The notes beneath the pieces are model-generated. The model did not search any database. It was not told the origin of the DNA and was given only the letters and a program-made list of their open reading frames with translations. 40,000 nucleotides of DNA from Cellvibrio japonicus Ueda107. Its GTDB lineage: Bacteria > Pseudomonadota > Gammaproteobacteria > Pseudomonadales > Cellvibrionaceae. Position numbers and translations under genes: made by a program. Of the stretch, positions 16,839 through 24,665 are shown in pieces. The stretch is taken from NCBI RefSeq assembly GCF_000019225.1, contig NC_010995.1, positions 3,773,957 to 3,813,956 of the forward strand, written 5' to 3'. Each line of letters begins with the position of its first letter. The stretch's first letter is position 1.

Positions 16839-17261
16839 CTATAACCACATTTGCACAATAATTGTAATGGCAACCCCACAAGAACCCATACCAAACAGAA
16901 CTAGCTGCCACCAAAACAGACACCACGATAATTTTCCTAGAGCCTTGGTTTCTTGCCGGTCACTAGAACTGACTGGTTCATCTTTATAGCGTGAACGTGC
17001 AATCTGCGTGGTAGCACGAAAATCTCGCAGGCGGTTGATGGCGCACCAAACAGATAGACCAATGGAAATTGCGAGCAAGACCATTGAGCATGTTGCGATA
17101 ATAAGCAAGCAACTGCTAACGGGCTGAACAACAACAAAACCAGAGACTAAAAATGCCAGAAGACCTGTAGATAGCCCAAGAACAAGATTGGATACAGACG
17201 AAAAATAATCTCTCGTAATACCTTGCCACCGAACGAAGCTCTCTTTATCTTCTGCTGCCAC
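16839..17261 (-). CDS. Small integral membrane protein, unknown function (cassette)
   Basis: GTG start preceded by AGGAG. Three or four hydrophobic helices. I recognise no motif. Confidence 0.55.
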   Translation of the reverse strand: MAAEDKESFVRWQGITRDYFSSVSNLVLGLSTGLLAFLVSGFVVVQPVSSCLLIIATCSMVLLAISIGLSVWCAINRLRDFRATTQIARSRYKDEPVSSSDRQETKALGKLSWCLFWWQLVLFGMGSCGVAITIIVQMWL

Positions 17262-17276
17262 TTACTTTCTCCTGCT

Positions 17277-17360
17277 CATTAACGCCCGCAGCAAGCGCGG
17301 CTTTGTAGTGAATGCGAAGCCGCAACGGAAGAGTCGTCGCCTTGACTGCGATTGTTATGT
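17277..17360 (-). other. attC site
   Basis: On the minus strand: ACATAAC-AAT-CGCAGTCAAGGCG ... CGCTTGCTGCGGGC-GTTAATG. There is an extra T in the R'' arm. The stop TAA of the ORF lies inside R''. Confidence 0.7.
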
Positions 17361-17669
17361 TTTTGGTGCCCAGCCATTACGCTCAGCCAAGACTTGCCAC
17401 TCAGGTTTTTTTGTAGGGATTATACTTTCACAATATTTAATAAGGCTTTCTAGATGAAGATCCTTGCCATTGTATAAATTCCCTGGCGTGGACTTTCCCT
17501 TAACTTTTGGATTGGCATGAGAACCTTGCAGCCTCGTTATTACATTGCCTAAAAGCTGCTTCAGTTGAACATCTTCAGTTTTGTTCATGATTTTACCAAG
17601 ACTTGTAATGTGAGAGGCTACGGTCTTCATTTCCTTCAGTGCATTTATTGTTTCTTCATAAATAGTCAT
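17355..17669 (-). CDS. Hypothetical protein (cassette), 104 aa
   Basis: Start MTIYEETINALKEMK preceded by AAGGAG. The track start at 17702 lies inside the attC. No recognisable motif. Confidence 0.55.
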   Translation of the reverse strand: MTIYEETINALKEMKTVASHITSLGKIMNKTEDVQLKQLLGNVITRLQGSHANPKVKGKSTPGNLYNGKDLHLESLIKYCESIIPTKKPEWQVLAERNGWAPKT

Positions 17670-17693
17670 AACTTTTCTCCTTGCCTTGGCAAA

Positions 17694-17808
17694 ACATAAC
17701 ACTTAGGTAAGTCGTGGTTGGTATGTTGTGTTTTTTGGAGCAAAATGAGCGATAGCGAATTCCAAAAAATGCAACATACCAACCATCGGCTTGACCGTTT
17801 TGTTATGT
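17694..17808 (-). other. attC site
   Basis: ACATAAC ... GGTCAAG.CCGATGGTTGGTATGTTGC / ..CAACATACCAACCACGACTTACC ... GTTATGT. This is a long imperfect palindrome with two extra bases in the R'' arm. Confidence 0.7.
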
Positions 17809-17814
17809 AATTAT

Positions 17815-18294
17815 TTAAGCTTTTGGTATCTCTTGCAGATTATTTAAAAGCTCAATACCCGATATTACTTTAAAGCCCTCAGCGTTACAGATATTTTCAC
17901 ACCAACTTTTTTGGCTTGCAATTTCACCATCTCGAGTAGCTTGGTTGTTCCAGTTCCGATCATAAGCCTGTGTGTAGAGAACCATGAATAGCTGTACTTC
18001 AGCACCATAGAATTTTTTTAACAATTCTAAATGTTTTGGATGACGCTCCCGCTCACATTTAACATTACAGCCTTCTATTTCAAATGCCGCGATAACTTTC
18101 CAATACCTTGAGTTAGGAAGGTTTTGCTCATTCGAATTCGAACTTTGCCTTAGAGCCCAAACCAAGTCGATATGTTTAGGTCGTTCTTCTAAATTCGGAG
18201 GACAATCAGAATGCAATGCAAACTCAGGAATTACACAATATCCTTTCTCTCGACCGGCTTCGATTAGAGAAGAGTAAATATCATTTTTTGTCAT
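17815..18294 (-). CDS. Hypothetical protein, possible restriction-endonuclease-like fold (cassette)
   Basis: 159-aa clean ORF. The HIDLVW ... AAFEIEG arrangement resembles a D...ExE/K nuclease core. This is weak, by-eye evidence only. Confidence 0.55.
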   Translation of the reverse strand: MTKNDIYSSLIEAGREKGYCVIPEFALHSDCPPNLEERPKHIDLVWALRQSSNSNEQNLPNSRYWKVIAAFEIEGCNVKCERERHPKHLELLKKFYGAEVQLFMVLYTQAYDRNWNNQATRDGEIASQKSWCENICNAEGFKVISGIELLNNLQEIPKA

Positions 18295-18316
18295 TTATTT
18301 TTTATATCCCATATCA

Positions 18317-18392
18317 ACATAACGTTTGGTTAAGGGGCGGGCTTTAGCCCGTCCCAGTGAGCGAAGCGAACGATTTGAACCAATTGTTATAC
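18317..18392 (-). other. attC site
   Basis: GTATAAC-AAT-TGGTTCAAATCG ... CCCCTTAACCAAAC-GTTATGT. There is an extra C in the R'' arm. The central stem is GGGACGGGC/GCCCGCCCC. Confidence 0.7.
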
Positions 18393-18398
18393 AGCAGG

Positions 18399-18593
18399 CT
18401 ATACGCTAAATGGCATAGCTGTGTCGTACTCCTCTAAGGTGGCCTCCAGAAATTCGTCACGATGAATTTTTGCTTTTTCTGACCATACACATAAAACTTT
18501 ATTAGGCGTACTTCCGGAGTACCCCTCTACGGTCATAAGCTCACCGCCAGACTTTAGAATCACCACATCACCTACGTTGAATTTATTGCTCAT
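18399..18593 (-). CDS. DUF2158 (YodC-like) small protein, first cassette
   Basis: MSNKFNVGDVVILKSGGELMTVEGY is the typical DUF2158 N-terminus. AAGGAG RBS. The track start at 18626 is upstream. Confidence 0.7.
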   Translation of the reverse strand: MSNKFNVGDVVILKSGGELMTVEGYSGSTPNKVLCVWSEKAKIHRDEFLEATLEEYDTAMPFSV

Positions 18594-18642
18594 AACGACT
18601 CCTTTTTGTTGTTTGACGAAATTCAAAATTTTTATTCATGAC

Positions 18643-18806
18643 GTATAACATTGTTATTAGACGGAAAGTTTCCGTATAACATCCCGGAAAATTTCCACCT
18701 AAGTTTTTTGATCAAGCTTTATACCACACCGTCAAACTACCCGCCATTACAGGCTTATAGCACTTTATTATCAATTAACAAGCGAGATAAAAGGTGGAAA
18801 GCTTCC
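18643..18806. other. attI region
   Basis: The crossover core GTTATAC (minus strand, 18643..18649) complements the R'' of cassette 1. A second ATGTTATAC box is at 18674..18682. Three GGAAAnnTTCC palindromes are at 18663..18673, 18686..18696 and 18796..18806. Confidence 0.5.
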
Positions 18807-18834
18807 TTGCTAATTCACCTATTATGGATACAAT
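18807..18834 (+). promoter_or_regulatory. Candidate intI promoter
   Basis: TTGCTA-16 nt-TACAAT. Confidence 0.45.
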
Positions 18835-18836
18835 AA

Positions 18837-18852
18837 CTGTTTGCATATACAG
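18837..18852 (+). promoter_or_regulatory. LexA (SOS) box
   Basis: CTGTTTGCATATACAG is a perfect CTGT-N8-ACAG. It starts 3 nt downstream of the candidate -10 and lies 31 nt upstream of the intI ATG. Confidence 0.7.
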
Positions 18853-18882
18853 CTCACTTATTTAAAGGAGCAAGGAGGCATA

Positions 18883-19854
18883 ATGTACAAATCCCCTTTT
18901 TTATCAAGCATTTACGATGAAATGATGCGCCGTCGCTACGCCAAGCGAACCATCGAAACCTATTTGCATTGGATCAAGCGTTACATTGTGTTCCATAACA
19001 AGCAGCATCCGTCCTTGATGGGCGACAGAGAAGTTGAAGCCTATCTTGATCATCTGGTTTTACAGCACAATGTCGCGGGACCAACACAAGCACTGGTATT
19101 AAATGCACTCAGCTTTCTTTATAGGGAGATATTGCACAAACCCTTATCCCTGGAACTAAGGTTTGTCAAAAGTCAAAAAACCCGCAAGCTCCCCGTAGTA
19201 CTCACCCGTGACGAAATAACTGCGTTGATGGCTAACATAAGCAGCAACCATTACTTACCGGCAGCATTGATGTATGGCAGCGGCCTTAGACTCATGGAGG
19301 CCGTACGATTGCGAACAAAAGACATAGATTTTGATTACTGCTGTGTGCGGGTCTGGAATGGGAAAGGAGGAAAGCATCGTACAGTCACCCTGGCCCCAGA
19401 GTTAAAAAAGCCTTTAACAGTACAAATACAACGGGTGGAATATCTCCTATCCAAGGATTTGCTAAATCCAACCTATGACGGTGTTTGGCTACCACATGCA
19501 CTCCGGCATAAATATGTTTCTGCCAATACATCACTGGGTTGGCAATATTTATTTCCATCGGATCGTTTGAGTATCGATCCTGAAAATCAACGGGTCAGAC
19601 GACACCATATTGATGAAAGCGGATTACAAAAAGCCATCAGAAATGCCTCGCAAAAAGCCAATATCCGCAAACATGTTAGCGCACATACACTGCGTCATTC
19701 TTTTGCCACTCACTTACTAGCATCCGGGGCTGATATTCGTACCGTGCAGGATCAGCTTGGACATACAGACGTTAAGACGACTCAAATTTATACCCACGTT
19801 TTGCAAATGGGCGGCAATGCCGTAAAAAGCCCCTTCTCAACGCTGGGTATTTAG
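18883..19854 (+). CDS. intI: Integron integrase IntI
   Basis: Start MYKSPFL preceded by AAGGAGCAAGGAGG. Tyrosine recombinase boxes RLMEAVRLR, HTLRHSFATHLL and GHTDVKTTQIYTHV. It also has the IntI-type extra segment ALRHKYVSANTSLGWQYLFPSDRLSIDPENQRVRRHHIDESGLQKA. Confidence 0.93.
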   Translation: MYKSPFLSSIYDEMMRRRYAKRTIETYLHWIKRYIVFHNKQHPSLMGDREVEAYLDHLVLQHNVAGPTQALVLNALSFLYREILHKPLSLELRFVKSQKTRKLPVVLTRDEITALMANISSNHYLPAALMYGSGLRLMEAVRLRTKDIDFDYCCVRVWNGKGGKHRTVTLAPELKKPLTVQIQRVEYLLSKDLLNPTYDGVWLPHALRHKYVSANTSLGWQYLFPSDRLSIDPENQRVRRHHIDESGLQKAIRNASQKANIRKHVSAHTLRHSFATHLLASGADIRTVQDQLGHTDVKTTQIYTHVLQMGGNAVKSPFSTLGI

Positions 19855-19943
19855 CAACCCCTGCGCGCCTCATAGCAGCCGCTATACTCAACTCCATCAT
19901 TCCCTCCCACAGGGAAATCCCCATTACGCCATAGACAACAGGC

Positions 19944-21341
19944 ATGACAGGAGACGCGATGCCTATTCCCCCCAAATGCCAATGGCTGATGCTGTTAATA
20001 CTCGGCACTGTTGCAGCATCCAGTTGCCTGGCCGCACAGGCCGAACCCTTGGTGTTGAGTTTTGAGGAAGCGCAGCAGCGCCTGTTGGCGGTGTCCGATG
20101 CGCTGGAGGGTTCGCGCAGCCAGGTGGAGAATCGGCGGCAGTTGGCGGAGGCGAGCCGGAGTTTGGCTTATCCGGAGGTGTCGGTGGATGTGCGCCGTTT
20201 GCGCTTCCAGAAAAGCCTTGAGTTACCGCTGGGGTCGCTGGAGCCGGTGGCTGAGGCGTTTGGGATTCCCGATCCGCTTGAGTTTGAACTGGCCGATTGG
20301 CGCACCCGTCCGATTGTGACGGCGACTATGCCGGTGTGGACCGGCGGGCAGATCAGTGCGGCCAAGGCGGCTGCCGATGCGGCGGTGGCTGAGGCGGATG
20401 CGGTATTGATGCGCGCTACGCAAACCGAAACGGTGCAGTTGGTGGAGGCCTATTTCGGGCAGCAGGTGGCACAGCAGGTACTGGCGGTACGCCTGGAGGT
20501 GCGCGAGGGTTTGCAGCAGCACCTTGCCCATGCGCAAAAATTGGAGCGGGAGGGGTTTGCGACCCGCGCCCAGGTGTTGCAGGCGCAGGTGGCACTGGAT
20601 AACGCCGAGCGCGAGTACCGTAAATCCATGAATGATTTGCGTGGTGCCGAGGCGGCGCTGGCCGGGTTGCTGCGCAGCGATACCCCGGTGCAAGCGCGCT
20701 CGCCGCTGTTTGTGGTGCAAGCGCCATTGGAACCGGTGGAGCATTTTGTTGAAACGGCGTTGCGCGACCATCCGGGTTTGTCGCAGTTAAAAGCCATTGG
20801 CGAGCAGGCCCGGCAAAAGGTGCGCGCTGAACAGGCTAACTGGCAGCCGCGGGTGTATTTATTCGGCCAATACGATTTAAAGCGCGAGGACGCGCTGCTG
20901 ACCGAATCCGATTGGGCTTTTGGGATTGGGGTGAGTTATACCCTCTTTTCCAATAAGGATCGCAGCCGCCAGGTGAGTGCGGCGCGCAGCCAGCAGTTGC
21001 AGGCGGAATACAGTTTGCGCGATACCGCGACCAAGCTGGAGATTGGCGTGGCGCGCGCCTGGCTGGCGACCGATAGCGCCCGCCAGCAATTTGCCCTGCT
21101 GGACAGTGCCCTGGCCAGCGCCGGGGAAAACCTGCGCTTGCAGAGCCTGTCGTTCCAGGAGGGGCAAGCCACCTCGCTGGATGTGATTGATGCGCGCCTG
21201 CAACTGGGCAAGACCCGTATTGATCGCGCCCTGGCTGCCTGGCAGTTTGACCTGGCCTTGGTTCAACTGCTGGAGGTCAGCGGACAAACCGACCGTTATA
21301 GCGATTATCTCCGCAAGGCCGACAAGGTGCTTACACCATGA
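19944..21341 (+). CDS. TolC-family outer membrane efflux protein
   Basis: Signal peptide. Two repeated coiled-coil/beta halves with typical OEP patterns (ALAEADAVLMRA..., LQLGKTRIDRALAAWQFDLALVQL). Confidence 0.85.
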   Translation: MTGDAMPIPPKCQWLMLLILGTVAASSCLAAQAEPLVLSFEEAQQRLLAVSDALEGSRSQVENRRQLAEASRSLAYPEVSVDVRRLRFQKSLELPLGSLEPVAEAFGIPDPLEFELADWRTRPIVTATMPVWTGGQISAAKAAADAAVAEADAVLMRATQTETVQLVEAYFGQQVAQQVLAVRLEVREGLQQHLAHAQKLEREGFATRAQVLQAQVALDNAEREYRKSMNDLRGAEAALAGLLRSDTPVQARSPLFVVQAPLEPVEHFVETALRDHPGLSQLKAIGEQARQKVRAEQANWQPRVYLFGQYDLKREDALLTESDWAFGIGVSYTLFSNKDRSRQVSAARSQQLQAEYSLRDTATKLEIGVARAWLATDSARQQFALLDSALASAGENLRLQSLSFQEGQATSLDVIDARLQLGKTRIDRALAAWQFDLALVQLLEVSGQTDRYSDYLRKADKVLTP

Positions 21342-22345
21342 CCCGAACGCTGTTGACCCCCGCTTCCCGCCCGCGCTTGCTACTGCTGGTGGCTGTGTTG
21401 CTGGCCTTGGCGATTGTTATCGCCGGGCTTTGGCTGGCATTCCGACCGGCAACCGGATTGGTGCAGGCTATGGCCGATGCCGATTCGGTAAAAGTCTCGA
21501 CCAAGATTTCCGCCCGCATCGCTGAGCTGCATGTGCGCGAGGGCGAGCGGGTGAGCGCCGGGCAAACCCTATTTACCCTCACCAGCCCCGAAGTGGAGGC
21601 CAGGTTCCGCCAAGCCAATGCCGTGCTGGATGCCGCCCGCGCCCAGGCCGCCAAGGCGGAGGAAGGCGCGCGCGCCGAGCAGATTCGCGCTGCCGAGGCC
21701 AACTGGAAGCGGGCCAAAACCGCCTCGGATCTGGCGCGGGCTACAGCGACCCGCCTCGACCGCCTGCACAAGGAGGGCGTGATCACTCGCCAGCAACGCG
21801 ACGAAACCCTGGCCCAGGCCACTGCTGCCGAGGCGCTCACCCAGGCGGCCCGCGCGCAATACGATGAGGCTCTGGCCGGTGCCCGCCGCGAAGACAGGGA
21901 GGCGGCCAATGCCCAGGTGCGCCAGGCCGAAGCGGCGGTCGCGGAAGTCACCGCCGCCCGCGATGAAACCCTGGGCCTGGCACCCAGCGCGGGCGAAGTG
22001 AGCAAACGCCTGGCCGATGTGGGCGAGCTGGTGCCCGCCGGCTACCCGGTATTTACACTGGTGGATATCGACAATATGTGGGTGTCCTTTACCCTGCGCG
22101 AGGATCAGTTTGGCGGCGTGAGTATGGCGCGCCGGCTCAAGGGCGATATTCCCGCGCTGGGGTTGACCGGCGTTTATTTCCAGGTGTACTTCATCAGCCC
22201 GGCGGGCGATTTCGCCACCTGGCGGGCCACCCGGCAATCCGCCGGTTACGATGTGAAAAGTTTTGAAGTCCGCGCCCGCCCGGTAGCCCCCATTACCGGT
22301 TTTCGCCCCGGCATGAGTGTGCTCTTCCCGTGGCCACAACCCTGA
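21338..22345 (+). CDS. HlyD-family membrane fusion protein
   Basis: N-terminal TM. ISARIAELHVREGERVSAGQTLFTL lipoyl-like motif. Long Ala-rich coiled coil. ATGA overlap with the tolC-like gene. Confidence 0.85.
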   Translation: MTRTLLTPASRPRLLLLVAVLLALAIVIAGLWLAFRPATGLVQAMADADSVKVSTKISARIAELHVREGERVSAGQTLFTLTSPEVEARFRQANAVLDAARAQAAKAEEGARAEQIRAAEANWKRAKTASDLARATATRLDRLHKEGVITRQQRDETLAQATAAEALTQAARAQYDEALAGARREDREAANAQVRQAEAAVAEVTAARDETLGLAPSAGEVSKRLADVGELVPAGYPVFTLVDIDNMWVSFTLREDQFGGVSMARRLKGDIPALGLTGVYFQVYFISPAGDFATWRATRQSAGYDVKSFEVRARPVAPITGFRPGMSVLFPWPQP

Positions 22346-23526
22346 CCCGCCCAACCTCCGGCTGGCGCCTCTCCCTGGTCAACTCGGCCCGGCGCGAGTG
22401 GCAATTCCTGTGCAATTCCCCCTGGGATATGGCGCTGATTACCTGGATTCCCTGGCTGGCCATGGCGCTGCTGGCAGCCATGTTTTACAGCGCCGTGCCG
22501 CGCTCCTTGCCGGTGGCGATAGTGGACGACAGCCGCGGCCCGGTCAGCCGGCAGTTGATTCGCGCACTGGAGGCAGCCCCGGCGCTGGATGTACGGGCAC
22601 GGCCATTGCAGTTGAGCGATGCCTGGTCACTGGCGCGCGCCATGCAGGTGGATGCGGTGATCCATATTCCCGCCAATGCCGATGACCAGGTTCAGCGCGG
22701 CCAGCAGGCGACGGTATTTGCCTTTTATAACGCTGCCTTTACCACCGCTGGCGCCAGCGCCTTCCGTGATATTGATGCCGCCGTAAAAAGCCTCTCAAGC
22801 CGGGTGGTGCTGGAACACACCGCCTTGCAGCGTGGCCCCGGCAGCGTGAAACCGGCGCCGGTCAGCGCCCAGGTAAGCGTGTTATTTAACCCGGCGCGCA
22901 GTTTTGAACAGTTCCTGTTGGGGCTGTTATTACCGGCGATATTGCACCTGATGCTCTGTGTGGCCGTCACCAGCGCCTGTTGCCGCGAATTGCGCGACGG
23001 CACCGCCGGGCACTGGCTGGAACAGGCCGGCGGCCATTTGCCGGGAGCTATTCTGGGCAAGTTGCTGCTCTACGTGCCGTTGTTTTCCCTTTACGGGTTC
23101 GCGGCGGTGTTGTGGGTGGGCGCGATCCGCGGCGATGGCATCCCCGGTTCCCTGCCGGCGCTGCTGGCGGGCCAGGTATTGATGTACGCCGCCTACGCGG
23201 CCATTGGCCTGCTACTGTCCGGCGTGGTGCGCACTATGGGCACGGCGCTGTCCGGTGTCGGGCTCTATGCCGGGACATCCCTGGCGTTTTGCGGGGCAAC
23301 CTTTCCTATCGACGGCGCTTCGCTGTTTGCCCGGCTCTGGCATTACCTGCTGCCCTTTACCAGCTATGTGAAGCTGGATGCGGCCGAGCGCTACCTGGAT
23401 GCACCGGCCTCGGTGACCTTTACCCATTTGGGGGCGCTGGGGTTATTTATCCTGATACCGGGCGCTATCGGCTATCACGCTTACCGCCAGGCGGTCTACG
23501 ACCCGTCCAGTTGGGGGAAACGATGA
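22330..23526 (+). CDS. ABC-2 type transporter permease
   Basis: GTG start. N-terminal TM, large periplasmic loop, then 5 C-terminal TM helices (YhhJ/YbhS-like layout). It overlaps the HlyD end by 16 nt. Confidence 0.8.
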   Translation: MATTLTRPTSGWRLSLVNSARREWQFLCNSPWDMALITWIPWLAMALLAAMFYSAVPRSLPVAIVDDSRGPVSRQLIRALEAAPALDVRARPLQLSDAWSLARAMQVDAVIHIPANADDQVQRGQQATVFAFYNAAFTTAGASAFRDIDAAVKSLSSRVVLEHTALQRGPGSVKPAPVSAQVSVLFNPARSFEQFLLGLLLPAILHLMLCVAVTSACCRELRDGTAGHWLEQAGGHLPGAILGKLLLYVPLFSLYGFAAVLWVGAIRGDGIPGSLPALLAGQVLMYAAYAAIGLLLSGVVRTMGTALSGVGLYAGTSLAFCGATFPIDGASLFARLWHYLLPFTSYVKLDAAERYLDAPASVTFTHLGALGLFILIPGAIGYHAYRQAVYDPSSWGKR

Positions 23527-24665
23527 CCGGCACTGTCCTGCGAGGATTCCGTAGCGCTTTTGACGGCACCTTTCGCGCCATCTTTGCAGACCGGGCGGTG
23601 GTTACGGTGATGGTGGGCGCGGTCATCCTCTACTCGTTTTTCTATCCCATGGGATACCGGCAGCAGGTCGCCAGCGAACAGCCGGTGGTGATTGTCGACC
23701 AGGATCGCACGCCCCTCAGCCGGGAGCTGATACGCCATATCCAACGGGTCAATGCCGTTCATGTGATTGCCATCGTTGAAAGTGAGGCGGAAGCCGCCGC
23801 CCAGGTTGCGGCCATGCGGGCAGAGGGTTTTGCGGTGATCACCAGCGGTTTTGAGCGGGATATTTTGCGCGGCAATCCGGGGCCCATTGCCCTTTACGGC
23901 AATGGCGCCTTCCTCGGGCGAACCAATAGGGTGCTGACAGGATTGGGCGATGCCATTGGCGGTTTCGCGCACGAGGCGGCGATCAGGCAGGCCGCCTTTG
24001 CCGGCGCGGCCACGCCGCCGCCCTTTCACCTGGTACAGCGGCCGCTGTTCAATACCCGCGAAGGTTACGGCAGCGCCGTGGTCACCGGTGTAGCGGAGCT
24101 GATCATCCAGCAAACCCTGCTGATCGGCATTGCAGTCATGGCCGGAACCCGGCGCGAGCGGAAGGGGCGCCTGTTTTTCTCTGCCCCCCAACTGATGGGT
24201 ATTGCCACCGCCTGCGTGCTGGTCGGCCTGATCAATATGCTCTACTACGCCGGGTTTATGTTCTGGTACCAGGATTATCCCCTGGGCGGCAACCTCGCCG
24301 GCCTGCTGCTGGGCGGCCTGTTATTTATCGGCGCGGTAGTGGCATTCGGTTTATTCCTCGCCAGTTTTTTCCGCACCCGCGAGCGCGCTTACCCATTGAT
24401 TCTGGTAACCTCGCTGCCGTTATTTTTCCTGTCCAACCTGTCCTGGCCTGCGACAGCAACACCCGGCTGGTTGGTGTGGCTGGCGAAACTGATCCCCTCC
24501 ACACCGGGGATTAATGTGATGGTGAAGTTCAACCAACTGGGCGCGAGCTTTACCGAGGCAGCACCGGAAATTGTGAATTTACTGGTGTTAATTATTGTGT
24601 TCGGCGCGCTGGCCTGGTGGCGCTATCGCCGCCCCGGCACAACAAGTCCAAGGAGTATTGAATGA
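23523..24665 (+). CDS. ABC-2 type transporter permease (second)
   Basis: Start MTGTVLRGFRSAF at an ATGA overlap. Same layout as the previous gene. The track ORF 22980..24665 is an out-of-context N-terminal extension. Confidence 0.8.
   Translation: MTGTVLRGFRSAFDGTFRAIFADRAVVTVMVGAVILYSFFYPMGYRQQVASEQPVVIVDQDRTPLSRELIRHIQRVNAVHVIAIVESEAEAAAQVAAMRAEGFAVITSGFERDILRGNPGPIALYGNGAFLGRTNRVLTGLGDAIGGFAHEAAIRQAAFAGAATPPPFHLVQRPLFNTREGYGSAVVTGVAELIIQQTLLIGIAVMAGTRRERKGRLFFSAPQLMGIATACVLVGLINMLYYAGFMFWYQDYPLGGNLAGLLLGGLLFIGAVVAFGLFLASFFRTRERAYPLILVTSLPLFFLSNLSWPATATPGWLVWLAKLIPSTPGINVMVKFNQLGASFTEAAPEIVNLLVLIIVFGALAWWRYRRPGTTSPRSIE

Larger units (their letters stand above)
9147..19854. mobile_element. 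Chromosomal (sedentary-type) integron: intI + attI + array of about 11 cassettes
   Basis: IntI-type tyrosine recombinase diverges from a minus-strand series of gene-sized units separated by attC-like imperfect palindromes. Start-of-cassette hexamers complement the cassette's own R'' core. The block is AT-rich and sits between GC-rich flanks. The distal (left) boundary is uncertain. Confidence 0.85.

Noticed and set aside
16576-16926. Small ORFs 16576..16830 (+), 16673..16861 (+) and 16729..16926 (-).
   Set aside because: They lie in the intron 5' RNA domains and the attC, or antisense to the membrane-protein cassette, and have no RBS.
9100-18700. Regularly spaced repeats as a possible CRISPR array.
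   Set aside because: The repeats are imperfect palindromes of variable length (36-115 nt) with TAAC/GTT cores, separated by gene-sized units. They are attC sites, not CRISPR repeats, and there are no cas genes.
22980-23522. N-terminal 181 aa of the track ORF 22980..24665.
   Set aside because: This part is out of frame with and inside the first ABC-2 permease, and is Arg/Gly-rich nonsense. The real start is the ATGA-coupled ATG at 23523.
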